The notes under the pieces were generated by a model that was given only the letters and a program-made list of their open reading frames with translations, did no database searches and was not told the origin of the DNA. DNA of 63,828 nt, filler included, from Lenisia limosa (taxonomy: Eukaryota > Protista > Breviatea): NCBI GenBank assembly GCA_001655205.1. It is 12 parts of 12 records of this genome, joined end to end, with 100 filler letters (N's around TTAATTAATTAA, not from the genome) between each part and the next. Parts side by side here need not be neighbours in the genome. Positions count along the whole stretch, not along the records: positions 34,032 to 60,405 come from LPNZ01007057.1; positions 60,506 to 63,828 come from LPNZ01007956.1; 10 more parts are not named here. One strand, written 5' to 3'. Position 1 is the stretch's first letter. The number at the start of each line of letters is the position of its first letter. The position numbers were made by a program, and so were the translations under genes. Below are positions 50,261 through 61,569 of the stretch, piece after piece.

Positions 50261-50940
50261 TTTATTTCTTTGAATTTTAGACCATATAAGAAACAGAGGT
50301 TCAAGAGAAGAGGTACTGGTAGCTTCTTATCTTGGGTGATCACTTGCCACAATCTACCAAACCAACTCTTTTCACAAAAATTATTTTCTCTGATTCACTG
50401 GCTCTGTGAACTAACTTGGAACTAATTTCCAAACTTCAATTTCTGAAAAAAAAAAAAAAAAAATCTGGCAAGGGGAGGGGGAGTTGAAATGTTGAAATCT
50501 AGAAAACAGAAGAAATCCTCTCTCTTTAGGCTGTTGAGGGTCTGTATACATCTTATGACCCCACTTCCTGGCTGTCGTGGTATCCCTTTGTATTTATATA
50601 TTTCAAGATTTTTCTAGAAATAATACTTCTTGATTTCTTGGTCAAATAATCACTCCACAATGACTTGGGTTTCATTTTCACAAACGATTCGACTTTTGGC
50701 AATTTCTTTGGTTTATTTATTCTCTTAGACAACTTCACAAGCCTAACTTGTTATATCAGTTTCTCAATTGAGTGAATGGATGATTTCTGCAATCCCTCTT
50801 CAAGTCACACTATCTATCTCCAACAAAAACAAAAACAGTAGACAGATTTGTATTAGCCATGTAAAAACTGAGGTAAAAACTGAGAGGTAAAGCTGAAACA
50901 ATCAAAGCGAAATAAAACCAGGAAGTCGTGGATGTCATGA

Positions 50941-53930
50941 TCAGTCGTAGTACTCCTTGATGGACAAAACCGTCTTCGGAATGGCGGGTTTTTTCTCCAA
51001 TAAAGCAATCCGCGAGGCCTCTTCTTCTTCCGCCCTCTCTCCAGCCCGGCGAGCAGCCGTGTACTTCGACCTGAGTGTTATTATTGATTATTGAGAGTAG
51101 ACAACACAGCTGTCCATTTATGAGAAATACATTTAGATATTTTATTCATTTCAATTCTGACTTATTACAATTGGCATCTAATACAATTACGATCCAACAT
51201 GGCTCCCTCCCGCCCCAACATACTTGCGATTCCTTTTCGGCATGCTTGCCTTCCGTCGGAGCTCAAAGTATCGCAAAAGACCCAGGGGTGGGGGGGTTGA
51301 GTGCTAAAAGGTCAGATAAAGAAACAGCTTCACAAAATTCATATCAGAACCCTCATAACGCTTCTTATAATTAAATGACATCAAATGTACAATTTTGTAA
51401 TCGTTAGTAGTAGGGGGATTCACTTCGGTCTTTTTTCGAACTGAAGTGAAGCCCTAGTTAGTAGTCTTCTCATATTCGCCACCTACTCTGTGGGCAACAA
51501 TAGTGGTGACTCTCTTCTTAACGGTACCTGCACTGCTAGAGGACATTCCATAGTACCGTGCCACACCATGAAGAATCAGACGCTGTGACATCAATTCCAA
51601 ATTCGTTATTCAAGGAAAACACAGCAACATAATGATCAGACTCCAGTTTAAGTTTCACAACCCAGAAGTTACTCAGGTGCTTGACCCCCCCCCCCTTCTC
51701 CTCAGAAATCTCTTGGTGAAATCGGTTAATTTTGTCCAAAATCAGAGACAACTTTATAATTTGCGACTTTCACACTTTCCCACAAACCTGCAGGGGACAG
51801 TCCACCTTTGCTTTGAGCTTTGACGGCTCCTTTAACGTTAAAACAGAATAATCGGAGGTATATTAAAGTAGTAAACAATTGACAGACAATCATTCGTTAC
51901 AGAGTATAATATGAGATTCATTATACATTATGCTCAAGGTCATATTATGTTATTATATATCCCCCCTCCCAACAATTCCTCTATCGAACGCCGCTGCCGC
52001 CTTAATAGCATAGTCTGTGAGCTTGCCCTCAAGCTCCTCAACAAACATGTTCAAGGTGCCATGGCTGACCTGTGTGGGTGAAGCGGGATGGGGAAATATT
52101 GAGGATTTATTGACAATTTTGGTCTATTTAGAACGTAAGTTCAGCTTACTTTCTTCAACCCTGAACGTAACTTGCGTCCAATTGACCTGGGAGGTTAGAT
52201 ATTCCTTAACACCGACTCTTTTGATCAGATGCAATCAACAAAAGGAAAGAAATAATCCAAAAAAAAAAAACAGTGGACTAACTTATATCTGAGATGAGAG
52301 GCATTTAGACTCTTCAAAACTTCCGCATCGGAAATGGCTGGACATTAAGTACGACAAAAAAGGACAACAACAGCAAACGGGGTAATAAAGAACCATCAAA
52401 GAATACCAGTAGGAAAGTGAACCATCTCACCTCCTTTTCGGTCCGATTCTGACCAACAGGTCCAGGCAGTTTCTGACATTAGGTCTAAAATATCAGGTAC
52501 ATTGAAAAACATCTCGCAAGGCCATACATCCGTCCAAAGCCAATGAAAATAATAATAAAAGATTAGGCATCCATCTTTACTCATGATCCTTTTATTACCT
52601 TTTCTGTATTGTAAACATGAGCGATATAAATTAATAAATATGCATATAACGATTCATTTTGGTTTTTAAAAAGAAAGTAAACATCAAGCTTTTTTGTTGG
52701 GAACTCAGCTTTTTGGACAATAAAGTTCTAGTTGTATCCCGACCCCATCCGAACCTTGGGGCTGTCTAGCTGGCTGTGGTCGGTTCTCGTCCGTGGTGTG
52801 AACGTCCGAAGTGGAAAGACTCTCCCACTGCATACATGTAAATAACAACATAATGAATGAACATGCAACAAGTGCTTTAAGGCGTCCGAGAACATTAGCG
52901 AATACAGTCATTGTAATATTTGTATACTTGTCTGGAGCTCCCATGATTTCCAAATGTAGAATATGAAAAAGAGAAGAATACTGACTTGCGAAGGCTTATT
53001 ATATGAAAATAATCAGTCTTTTCAAAAAGTGAAGACGGTCTCTGCAAACCTTGTTACCAGTATTTTCATCTTCGGGTTCCGAGACATTGGGATCAAACTG
53101 AACGGGGTTTCCCTTCAAGTTGTCTAAATGACGTGAGAGGTCAAAAGGAAAACAGTGAGAATGTTAAACCATTTTCTTCCAGGAGCACATAATACCCCCC
53201 CCCCCCCNNNNNNNNNNNNNNNNNNNNNNNNNNNNNNNNNNNNNNNNNNNNNNNNNNNNNNNNNNNNNNNNNNNNNNNNNNNNNNNNNNNNNNNCGGGGG
53301 CCCACCCTGCGGCCCCTGCTGCGGCCTGTTGATGTTGACGATATTGTCGACAATGGGGGGGAAGGGCTAGGAGGTTACGATATACAAACATCAGAGACTG
53401 AAAAGGAACAATAACAGGACAATGTTCAAGGTGTTATATCGTGGTATCTCACGGAATTTTCCAATAGATAATGCGCATGGATACAATAAACAAAGTAAAA
53501 TAGAGCTTATGCACTCCTTTTCTCAAGTCCCACCTTCGTGGCGGGGCAGTAGCACCGGTCACATGCACAGCAGATATGTGCGTTCCATCAAACTGATCAG
53601 ACAAGTCTTCCATTGTACTACGGCGGAAAGTGGCGGATTTAAACTTGTGGATATATGGACTGCTATTTAATTATAGCGTTAATTGCGACAAAGAGCTACG
53701 CTGATTCGTCTCAAGAGCAGAGAGAGTGCCGGGTCACTGGCGAGGGGCTCAGGGCTTGGACGGGCGAGGAAAGATGGAAACTGAGGTTCAACTCTTCAAA
53801 ATGTACAAATACAATTCTTAACAAATAAATAAAAGCAAGACTGGGGATAGAAACAGACTCTGAATTTTTCGATTTTGGTTATAAGTGAATATCTGCGGGC
53901 TTTATATGTTACCTCGCCACCAGCAACCAT
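50941..53930 (-). CDS. R3H-domain protein (R3HDM4-like)
   Basis: SIGRKLRSGLKK|VSHGTLNMFVEELEGKL, RLILHGVARYYGMSSSS (R3H motif); first exon MVAGGE (53913-53930); stop at 50941. Confidence 0.75.
51411..51456. mobile_element. Family A minimal derivative (TIR pair only)
   Basis: 46 bp flanked by an exact TSD GTTAGTAG (51403-51410 / 51457-51464). Confidence 0.85.
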
Positions 53931-54487
53931 CCTTTGCCTTTATAACCCTAGCTTTGCGTGCACATCTTCCGCAGCATCAAATTACAACCATGCCAGTGAG
54001 AGAGGGGTATCATAATTGATGTTATAAATGTTATATATATGAGAGCTTGATTTGCCGATTTGCCCTTTTGTCCCACTAACAAAGAAATACACATGTATTT
54101 AACAGCTCTTTTGGTATGTTATCTATCTTTTTGATTCATTTTTATTTGATATGCTCTTGTAGGATCTAGGATGAGTTTATATACCTAATATTCTAATCTC
54201 CCATTACAACAAGTGTCCTTCAATATAGTCAATGTCAATGTCAGTGACATGTTTTAAATGTATTTTTTTTAATTTATCTACTTTTTTCGACTAGGCAGCA
54301 ACAGCAAGCTCTAAAAACCCATTTGCAGGACAAAAAATGAGCATGTAAAGTAACAAAAGGTTAAAAACAAAATTGTGGACATTAGCTCATTCGAATTTTC
54401 TGAATAAAAAAGGAGGTGAATGCTATTTGGTCAAAATAGCGTTTGCTATTTTTTTATTAGTCCCTTGTCGTGTGGAAAATTTGGGCC

Positions 54488-56113
54488 ATGAAGCAGTGCG
54501 CAATTAGGTATCCCTTATACAAAGTGCATGTACTATTTTCATGGCAACAACACCAACCCTTTTAGAAGAAAGCCCCCGCAACTCCCAAAGCAGAATCGAA
54601 AACCAAATCTGCCCCAAAAACTGTCAAGAAAACCCCAGTCAAGAAGCCAGCTAAAATGGCAGAAAATGCGGTAGTGGAAGGCGAATGTGCTACAAAGTTT
54701 TGGCTTTTTAAGTCCGAACCTGGTAAGTGGCTTAACGCATCTCTGCGCTTATGATATATCATATACTTTCCATCCTCACCCCCACACAACCCCAGATACA
54801 CGACTCGAAAATGGAGTGGACGTTTCATTTTCATTTGATGAACTCAAGAAGGTGCCCTCCGAGGGGTGGAATGGTGTGCGTAACTACCAGGTAAAGCGGG
54901 CTATATGGGATGGCAGTGGTGTTATTTGCCAAGTGAGTTGACATCTTTATTTTGGAACAGTATCGGCTCCATAATGAGCTGATTAGATAACTCACCTCTT
55001 ACCCACTAGGCTAGGAACTGCATGATAGACATGAAAGTCGGAGACCTTGGGTTTTTTTACCATTCGAACTGTAAGACTCCAGGCATCATTGGAGTTGTCA
55101 AGGTGGGTTTCTACAGGATGGAAATGTGCCAACAAAAGGAATGGGTTCTGATGGGCCAAGGGTTAACCGACGGTACTTTTGAAATCTAGGGAGATCGGAA
55201 TGTGGAAGGTTCCGATTTCTTCAACTAATAAGTTGTATACGCGGCTAGTTGGTGTTTTAAACAACATAGTAGTGTCTGAATAATGTTTTAAACCTCTGCA
55301 ATAGCGGAACTTCTCATTTTGGCTTGAGATACAGGCTTAGAAAATTCCGATCTCCTGGTAGTTAGGCCGGCCCTTGTCCTATCAGAACCCATTCTGTACA
55401 CCACTCAACTGATAATTGACTGAAAAGTCTCAATACTTCCGAGTTTCAGAGACTTGTCAGTCATCACATGATATCACTGTAAAGAAATATAACCACGTGA
55501 AAATGATGATACGATTACCACATAATCCTGACCGCATTTTATTTATGTATGTAGGTGACCAAGGAAGCTTACGCAGATCCGTGCCAGTTCGATTCGAAAT
55601 CTCCATATTTCGCCCCCAAGTCAAAAAAGGATAACCCAATCTGGAAACAAGTTGCGGGGTGACCAATATCTGTCATTTTAGGCAATGAAGGTCTTCGAAG
55701 TTATATTTCAGGTTGATATCAGCTTTGTGAGACAACTACCGAAGTTTGTTTCCTTAGAGGCAATGAAACATTTCAAGTTGGTCAATTATCCACTTCTTCT
55801 CCATTCATTCTTTCTTTTGTTTTCACCAGATATGACATCTATCCCCCCAGGCAAACACACTTATCGACAATGGGTCTTTTCCGTTACCCCCGCCTGTCAG
55901 TGGGACCAGTCCCGCGAGAGTGCTGGAGCCACATTTTGACTATGGCTGGCGAGGATGAAGCAAACTTGACTGAAGATGAACCAAAACCAACACAAGATGA
56001 CACTGTAGGAGTTGGAGCAGTTTTTATATGGTTTTAGAAGTAGAAGGAGGGTAAACAAGAAGTAACTGATTATCTTTCAGGTGTCAAAGTCTGCAATGGA
56101 GAAGACTGGTTAA
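54488..56113 (+). CDS. THYN1: EVE-domain protein (thymocyte nuclear protein 1-like)
   Basis: FWLFKSEP, WNGVRNYQARN, MKVGDLGFFYHSNCK.PGIIG, AYADPCQFD, LFRYPRLSVGPV; exact start uncertain. Confidence 0.88.
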
Positions 56114-56643
56114 AAGTCTGTGAAAAAAGTGACTTCTTAGTTTGAGAATTGGCAATGTTTTCTGTTAAAGCATGAAAGGTATCATGTTTAATTGATGTTT
56201 AATTATGGAGTAAGTTTCGGTCTATAATACAATACTAAGACAGCCCAATTGGTACCGAGTTTTCTTTCCTTCAGTGGTTGGGTTTTGAAAAAGATAATAA
56301 AAAGGGAAAACAGGTAAAAAAAATAATATATAAGCGAGACTCGAACCCACTGTCCTTTAATACCACTTTCATTTTCAGGCACAGACTTCTCACACTCTAT
56401 TTCAGTGCTATTTCACGTACGTAACAAACGTTAAATCATGGTAAATAGTATTATCAGTATTATTGGTATTTGAAGTGTGTCTGGAGAGTGTTTGGCATTG
56501 GCATTATTGGAGGTTATATTTGGCTGTGATCTGCTGTGATCTGCTACGGTCTTGCTGTGATCTTGGGATCTTCGTTATAGGTTTTCCAGAGCTTTTCCCT
56601 TGTCCCCTTGTCAGTGCATAATAGTCGCAGTATATTGAATATT

Positions 56644-59600
56644 ATGAAATTTATAGCTATTCTTTTGTTGCTAGGCCTCTTCCAAGTCTTTGGCGAAGAA
56701 CAGATAGCTTCTCAATGGAGCTCCAAGTCCGCTGTATGTTCTTATATTTGGGGATTTAATTTATATTTAGGTGACTTTCATGGAATTGAACATGATGGTT
56801 ATGGACTTCTCTGTCAAAATGTTTGTTCGCTGTCTTTGCTTTCAACCTTATTCTTATTAGGGAAGGTGAATATTTCTACGATTATCCCAACCAAAAAGTA
56901 TGCGAAGCATCCAAATTGAAACAGTTCTAATCCGAAATACCTCACCATGTAATCATGTAGTCCCGCTTCTCTTTCGAGAAGGTCCATCTTACTGTTGACC
57001 AAAACCAACCTGAACGCGATGGTTTGCGGGACTGTGTGAAAGTGCAAAAATCCCGAAGGAACTTGTCTGGTCCGGTATGATAGAGATTATGCGAAAAAAA
57101 ACTTTGTCCAACTATATGCATTGCTGTTGCATTGCCTCCTTGGCAATCCGGGTATTTCTGAGTAGTTTTGATTGTGTATTGCCATGAGAAGTATCGTAGT
57201 TTTCTATTATTGTTTTTTTGAAAGGGGTGTGTGGAATAGATGGGATTCAATTTGGCGGCCAGTCAGGTCCGGCATAATACAGATTATGCGAAAAAAAACT
57301 TTGTCCAACTATGTGCATATTTGCATTGCTCTTGCATTGCCTCTTTGGCAATCCGGGGTATTTCTGAATAGTTTTGATTGTGTATTGTCATGAGAAGTAT
57401 CGTGGTTTTCCATATTTTTGTTTTTTTTGAAAGGGGTTTGTGTGGAAGAGATTCAATTGATTGTTCCCATCTTTTTTTTTTTCTTCTTTTTTTTTTCTCT
57501 CTTTTTTTGAGTTTTAACTAGCCTTAGATAAGCTTGTGTTTGGACAAGGGGAGTGGAATAATAATACATATTTCAATTAGAATTACTTTTATTTGAAAAA
57601 TTCCAGAAAATGCAATTTGATTTTTACCATAGTAATAGTTAAAACCCGCAGTGATTGTGGTATATATTACATATAGGTAATGTGCTTATGAATATGGTGG
57701 TGGTTTTGTTTGACAACAATCGCAAATTAAGGCTATTTCTGGCCACTTTAAATTTCTCATTGATTGAACGCATTCAAACGCCGCAGTCATGAAGACCACC
57801 ATCCAGACTGCTCGCCGCCACCTTGCTGAAATCGACCTCGGCCACAGCCTTAACGCCGTGCGTGACCATATGCTGGAGTATGTGGGGCTGTACTCTCTCT
57901 TGCTTCCCGAAGGAGTGTTTTGCGAGCACCGGAATCAAGTATTTGATGTCGTCATTGAATTTAAATTATATTATCAATGAGAAATAATTCAAAGGGTGTA
58001 TCTGGTCAAAGCGGTCCACACCATCTCGCATATAAGAGATATTGGATTATGGACCACCCAAATATTTGCCTTATAACGCTGTACACAGCTTTCTGCGTGC
58101 CTACCTAGCAATAGGTGTCCAGGTTGAAACCGGTTTTTCAAGAAATTCTCGATATTTTGATTCAGAATCAACAACTTAGCTCACCCATACAATCACCCCC
58201 GCCCCCCTAACAAATTACTCAATTCTCACGCATTTCTCACACAAGCAGTATCGACGTCCTGGCTGATGGCGTCAACGTGCTGCGCTACGACCAGGGCAAG
58301 AACTTCACCTGGGGTACCAATGAGGAAGGCAACAAGGTGGGGGGGGGGGGAGTACAGTGACCACGTTTGGAATTGGTCCTAATATAAGTGGGACCCCAGC
58401 GATCTTTCACTTAAACAAAAACAAAAGACTGACCTTTTTCGGTGCTGTTTCTCCAGACTAGTATCGACTATCAATGATACCTGTGCTTCACTTCGGTTCG
58501 AAAAAGACCGATACAATATCGATAGTTTTCGAGGATTTATCGAGAAATTCAGTCTTTTTTCGAAACGAAGTGAAGCATTAATGATACCTTAAGAAAATCC
58601 CTTTCTTGAAACATGTCGAAATGGTATCCGACTCTCAGGTTGACTCAAAAAATTTGGGTTTCCCTCTGGCTTGAAAAGATACAGTTGCCCCAATGTTCAT
58701 ATCACATGTATTCTGATTCAATAACGACATTATTGGTCTTTTTGGGACCGTCGGGAAGCCAGAAGTACATCAAAGCCGCCCAGTTTGATCTCTTTATTCC
58801 TATAGGAGTGCACCTGCGAAGACCTTGATTCAACCATGAACCCCCTCTACCTCCCCCCTGGTATGCTGGATGGGACGTGAGTCGGTTTCACTTCGGTTCG
58901 AAAAAAAGATCTTATAAATCCTCGAAAACTATCTATTGTCCGGTCTTTTTCGAACCGAAGTGAAGCCCTAGATGTGAGAGGTATTGGACTCAGAACATGA
59001 TATATCGATATATTGCCCATACAAATTAGCTTTTTTTTTCAGCATCACACTTCATCCCCTTTGCCTGCCAATATGATCCAATATTTATTACCGTTCTCGC
59101 CTTACTTGTGATTGACGGTTGCAGGAGCCGAGGCTGCCGGCTTGGAAGACATTACGCTCATGCTCAAGGGTGGTGAGACTAAAAAAATTCAGGTGGGGGT
59201 GCAATACTCTTTCTGAACACCAAATATAACCGTCCTGATTTATCGAATCAGACGGTCAGCCGAGTGAGTGTGTTTCATTAATGTATTTCATAGAGTATAC
59301 CAAATAAATTCGAAGCACCATCACAGACTGTTCTGTTTTCTTCACCGCTTAATGTGACCAAATGCCTAGGCCAAGAAGTACACAATTGACCTGTCCCGCG
59401 GTCCCAGTGACTACCTTCCCTCCGGCCGCCGTGAGGATGATGGCATGCCTTCTCTCGATGTTGGAGGAGGGGGGGGGGGTAAAATTGGAAAATTTATGAA
59501 ACAAAAAAGCCCGAAATCAACTCTGTTAGCTGACAACACATGAGGGTTGATAACGACAGGGTTGGATGGATGGGGGGTCTGAATAAACACTTTTCAAGCC

Positions 59601-60340
59601 AAAAACACGTAATGACGCAATACAGATGGCTTTCTACCTCATCAACGACAAGCTTGTTTCCTTCCGTGTCAGCATGGATATGATGATCATGAAGATCGTA
59701 ATGAACACGGATTTCGAGTCTGGGGGGGGGGGGCTTCACCTGNNNNNNNNNNNNNNNNNNNNNNNNNNNNNNNNNNNNNNNNNNNNNNNNNNNNNNNNNN
59801 NNNNNNNNNNNNNNNNNNNNGTTCTATTGACTACTTTATCTACCACCGCTTCCTGGTTTAAATATCCTAAATCACCCTGATATACAGTGACCGGGATAAG
59901 CCCGATTTGCAATGTGATTTCCCAAGGAAAATCGGTTACGGCTTATCCCAGTCACTGTATTGTTGATATATTTGTATCCCCTTTTCTCAAAGAAAGCACT
60001 CCCCCTTTACCTTCTTCAGTGAGATCACCCTTGGAATGCCTGATATGGAGATCTTCGAAGCCGACCCAGACCTCTGCGTTTGTCCCGAGAAGCCCGAGGC
60101 CGATACCACGGACGATTTCGTTCCTTGTGATGCTGATGTAAGCTGATCATTGGAACTGTTTTGGTTGTGTTTTGCGATGTTTAAGGAAATTTAGAGTTTC
60201 CTCTGGTCCAAAAAGACCGATCAAATATCAATTGTTTTCGAGGATTTATCGAGAAACTCAGTCTTTTTTGACCACACCAATACATTTTCCCCCTCCATTG
60301 GTTGTATTTTGGACAGCATCCCTACGCTGACTGCTGCAGG
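56644..60340 (+). CDS. Secreted protein, possibly ependymin-related, partial
   Basis: Signal peptide MKFIAILLLLGLFQVFG; exons VLRYDQGKNFTW..ECTCEDLDSTMNPLYLPPGAEAAG resemble the EPDR pattern from memory only. Confidence 0.5.
57069..57457 (+). repeat. Tandem duplication of ~190 bp (intronic)
   Basis: 57069-57252 and 57267-57457 share GATTATGCGAAAAAAAACTTTGTCCAACTAT...TGAAAGGGGT..GATTCAATT. Confidence 0.9.
57996..58112 (+). mobile_element. Family C intronic repeat
   Basis: GTATCTGG..GTCCACACCATC..TATAAGAGATATTGGATTAT..GCCTTA..CACAGCTTTCTGCGTGCC, matching 16826-16950 and others. Confidence 0.75.
58482..58580. mobile_element. Family A palindromic MITE
   Basis: Exact TSD ATGATACC at 58474-58481 and 58581-58588. 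Confidence 0.88.
58882..58970. mobile_element. Family A palindromic MITE
   Basis: TSD GACGTGAG / GATGTGAG (1 mismatch). Confidence 0.82.
59478..59553 (-). mobile_element. Family B repeat, antisense to host gene, abutting the donor G-run
   Basis: GAT|GTTGGAGGAGGGGGGGGGGGTAAAATTGGAAAATTTATGAAACAAAAAAGCCCGAAATCAACTCTGTTAGCTGACAAC. Confidence 0.8.
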
Positions 60341-61569
60341 TTAAGGGCTGCACCTGCTCTAAGAAACTTCCTGTTGCTCTCGAATTCTGCACTGATGTTG
60401 ACTGGNNNNNNNNNNNNNNNNNNNNNNNNNNNNNNNNNNNNNNNNNNNNTTAATTAATTAANNNNNNNNNNNNNNNNNNNNNNNNNNNNNNNNNNNNNNN
60501 NNNNNAGAGAAGGATGGAGAGAATGAGAGATGAGTCCTGCTACTTGAAATCACATTGCTCATTGCTCAGAAAGACCAATCTGGAGGGTTAGAAGGAACGG
60601 GAAACATCACCCACTGGGACAGGTGTTCAGAATAAATAACTAGCAGACCAATTTAATTGGGTGATTAAATTCGGATCAATAGAACATTCGATACCTCGGA
60701 TAACGAACTTTCCAAACGGGTTCGGTTCAGTTCACTCGCTATTAAAGTTAAAAAAAATTTGAATACCCCTCAAATTTGAAATAAGAAATTTCACCCACCC
60801 ACCCCCTTTGCAGCACAGGACTGGGCGCCTTGGGAATGGATAAACGCTTTCGTTAGTCCATTAACCTGAGAGGAATTCGTTCCTAGTCCAGACAAGTTGT
60901 ATTTTGAAATTATATCTTGTCAACGCATGTCAATATAAACCCTTAATTTGAATCAACCTACAGGTCATAGATTGAACTAGAATCCAGCCTAAATGTCAAT
61001 TGGGGAAGAAAGGGAGGATGAGAAGGAGGAGTAAGCGGTAGGGTGACGAAGAATAATGTCGAGAGGGATAAAATTGGAAAATATAAGAATCAACAAAACA
61101 AAATCATGTTGGCCGACAACACAAGAGGGTTGATAACAACAAAACAAAGCCCAAAATCAACCAAGTTGTCAAACCACACGAGGGTTGAGAACAACAAAAC
61201 ACATACAGCCCAGGCCAGTCGCTTCTGCACCGAAAACAAAGGACANNNNNNNNNNNNNNNNNNNNNNNNNNNNNNTGTGTGTCTGGAGGGGGGGGGGGTT
61301 AAAACGAAGGAAAATTGGATGAAACTATTGACGTAAGGTGAGGGGGAGGATGTTCGGTATAATTATGAATTATGAAACAAAACAACAAACTGAATCAACT
61401 GTGCTAGCGAAACAGTAAATTGACCCTCCCTCCATAATTGCGCTTCCCTTTGGTCCGAAGAAGACCGATTAAATATCAATATTTATCAAGGATATATCGA
61501 GAGATTCGGAATTTTTGAGACCGTAGGGAACCCCTCCCCGAATAATAACCCACACGTAGACGTAAATCA

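Noticed and set aside
54544-54565. Possible 22-nt GC-AG intron after an ATG in the EVE gene
   Set aside because: An ordinary GT donor slightly upstream or an internal ATG explains the frame equally well.
56325-56365. GGGTTCGAGTCTC B-box-like stretch on the minus strand
   Set aside because: No cloverleaf can be folded around it.
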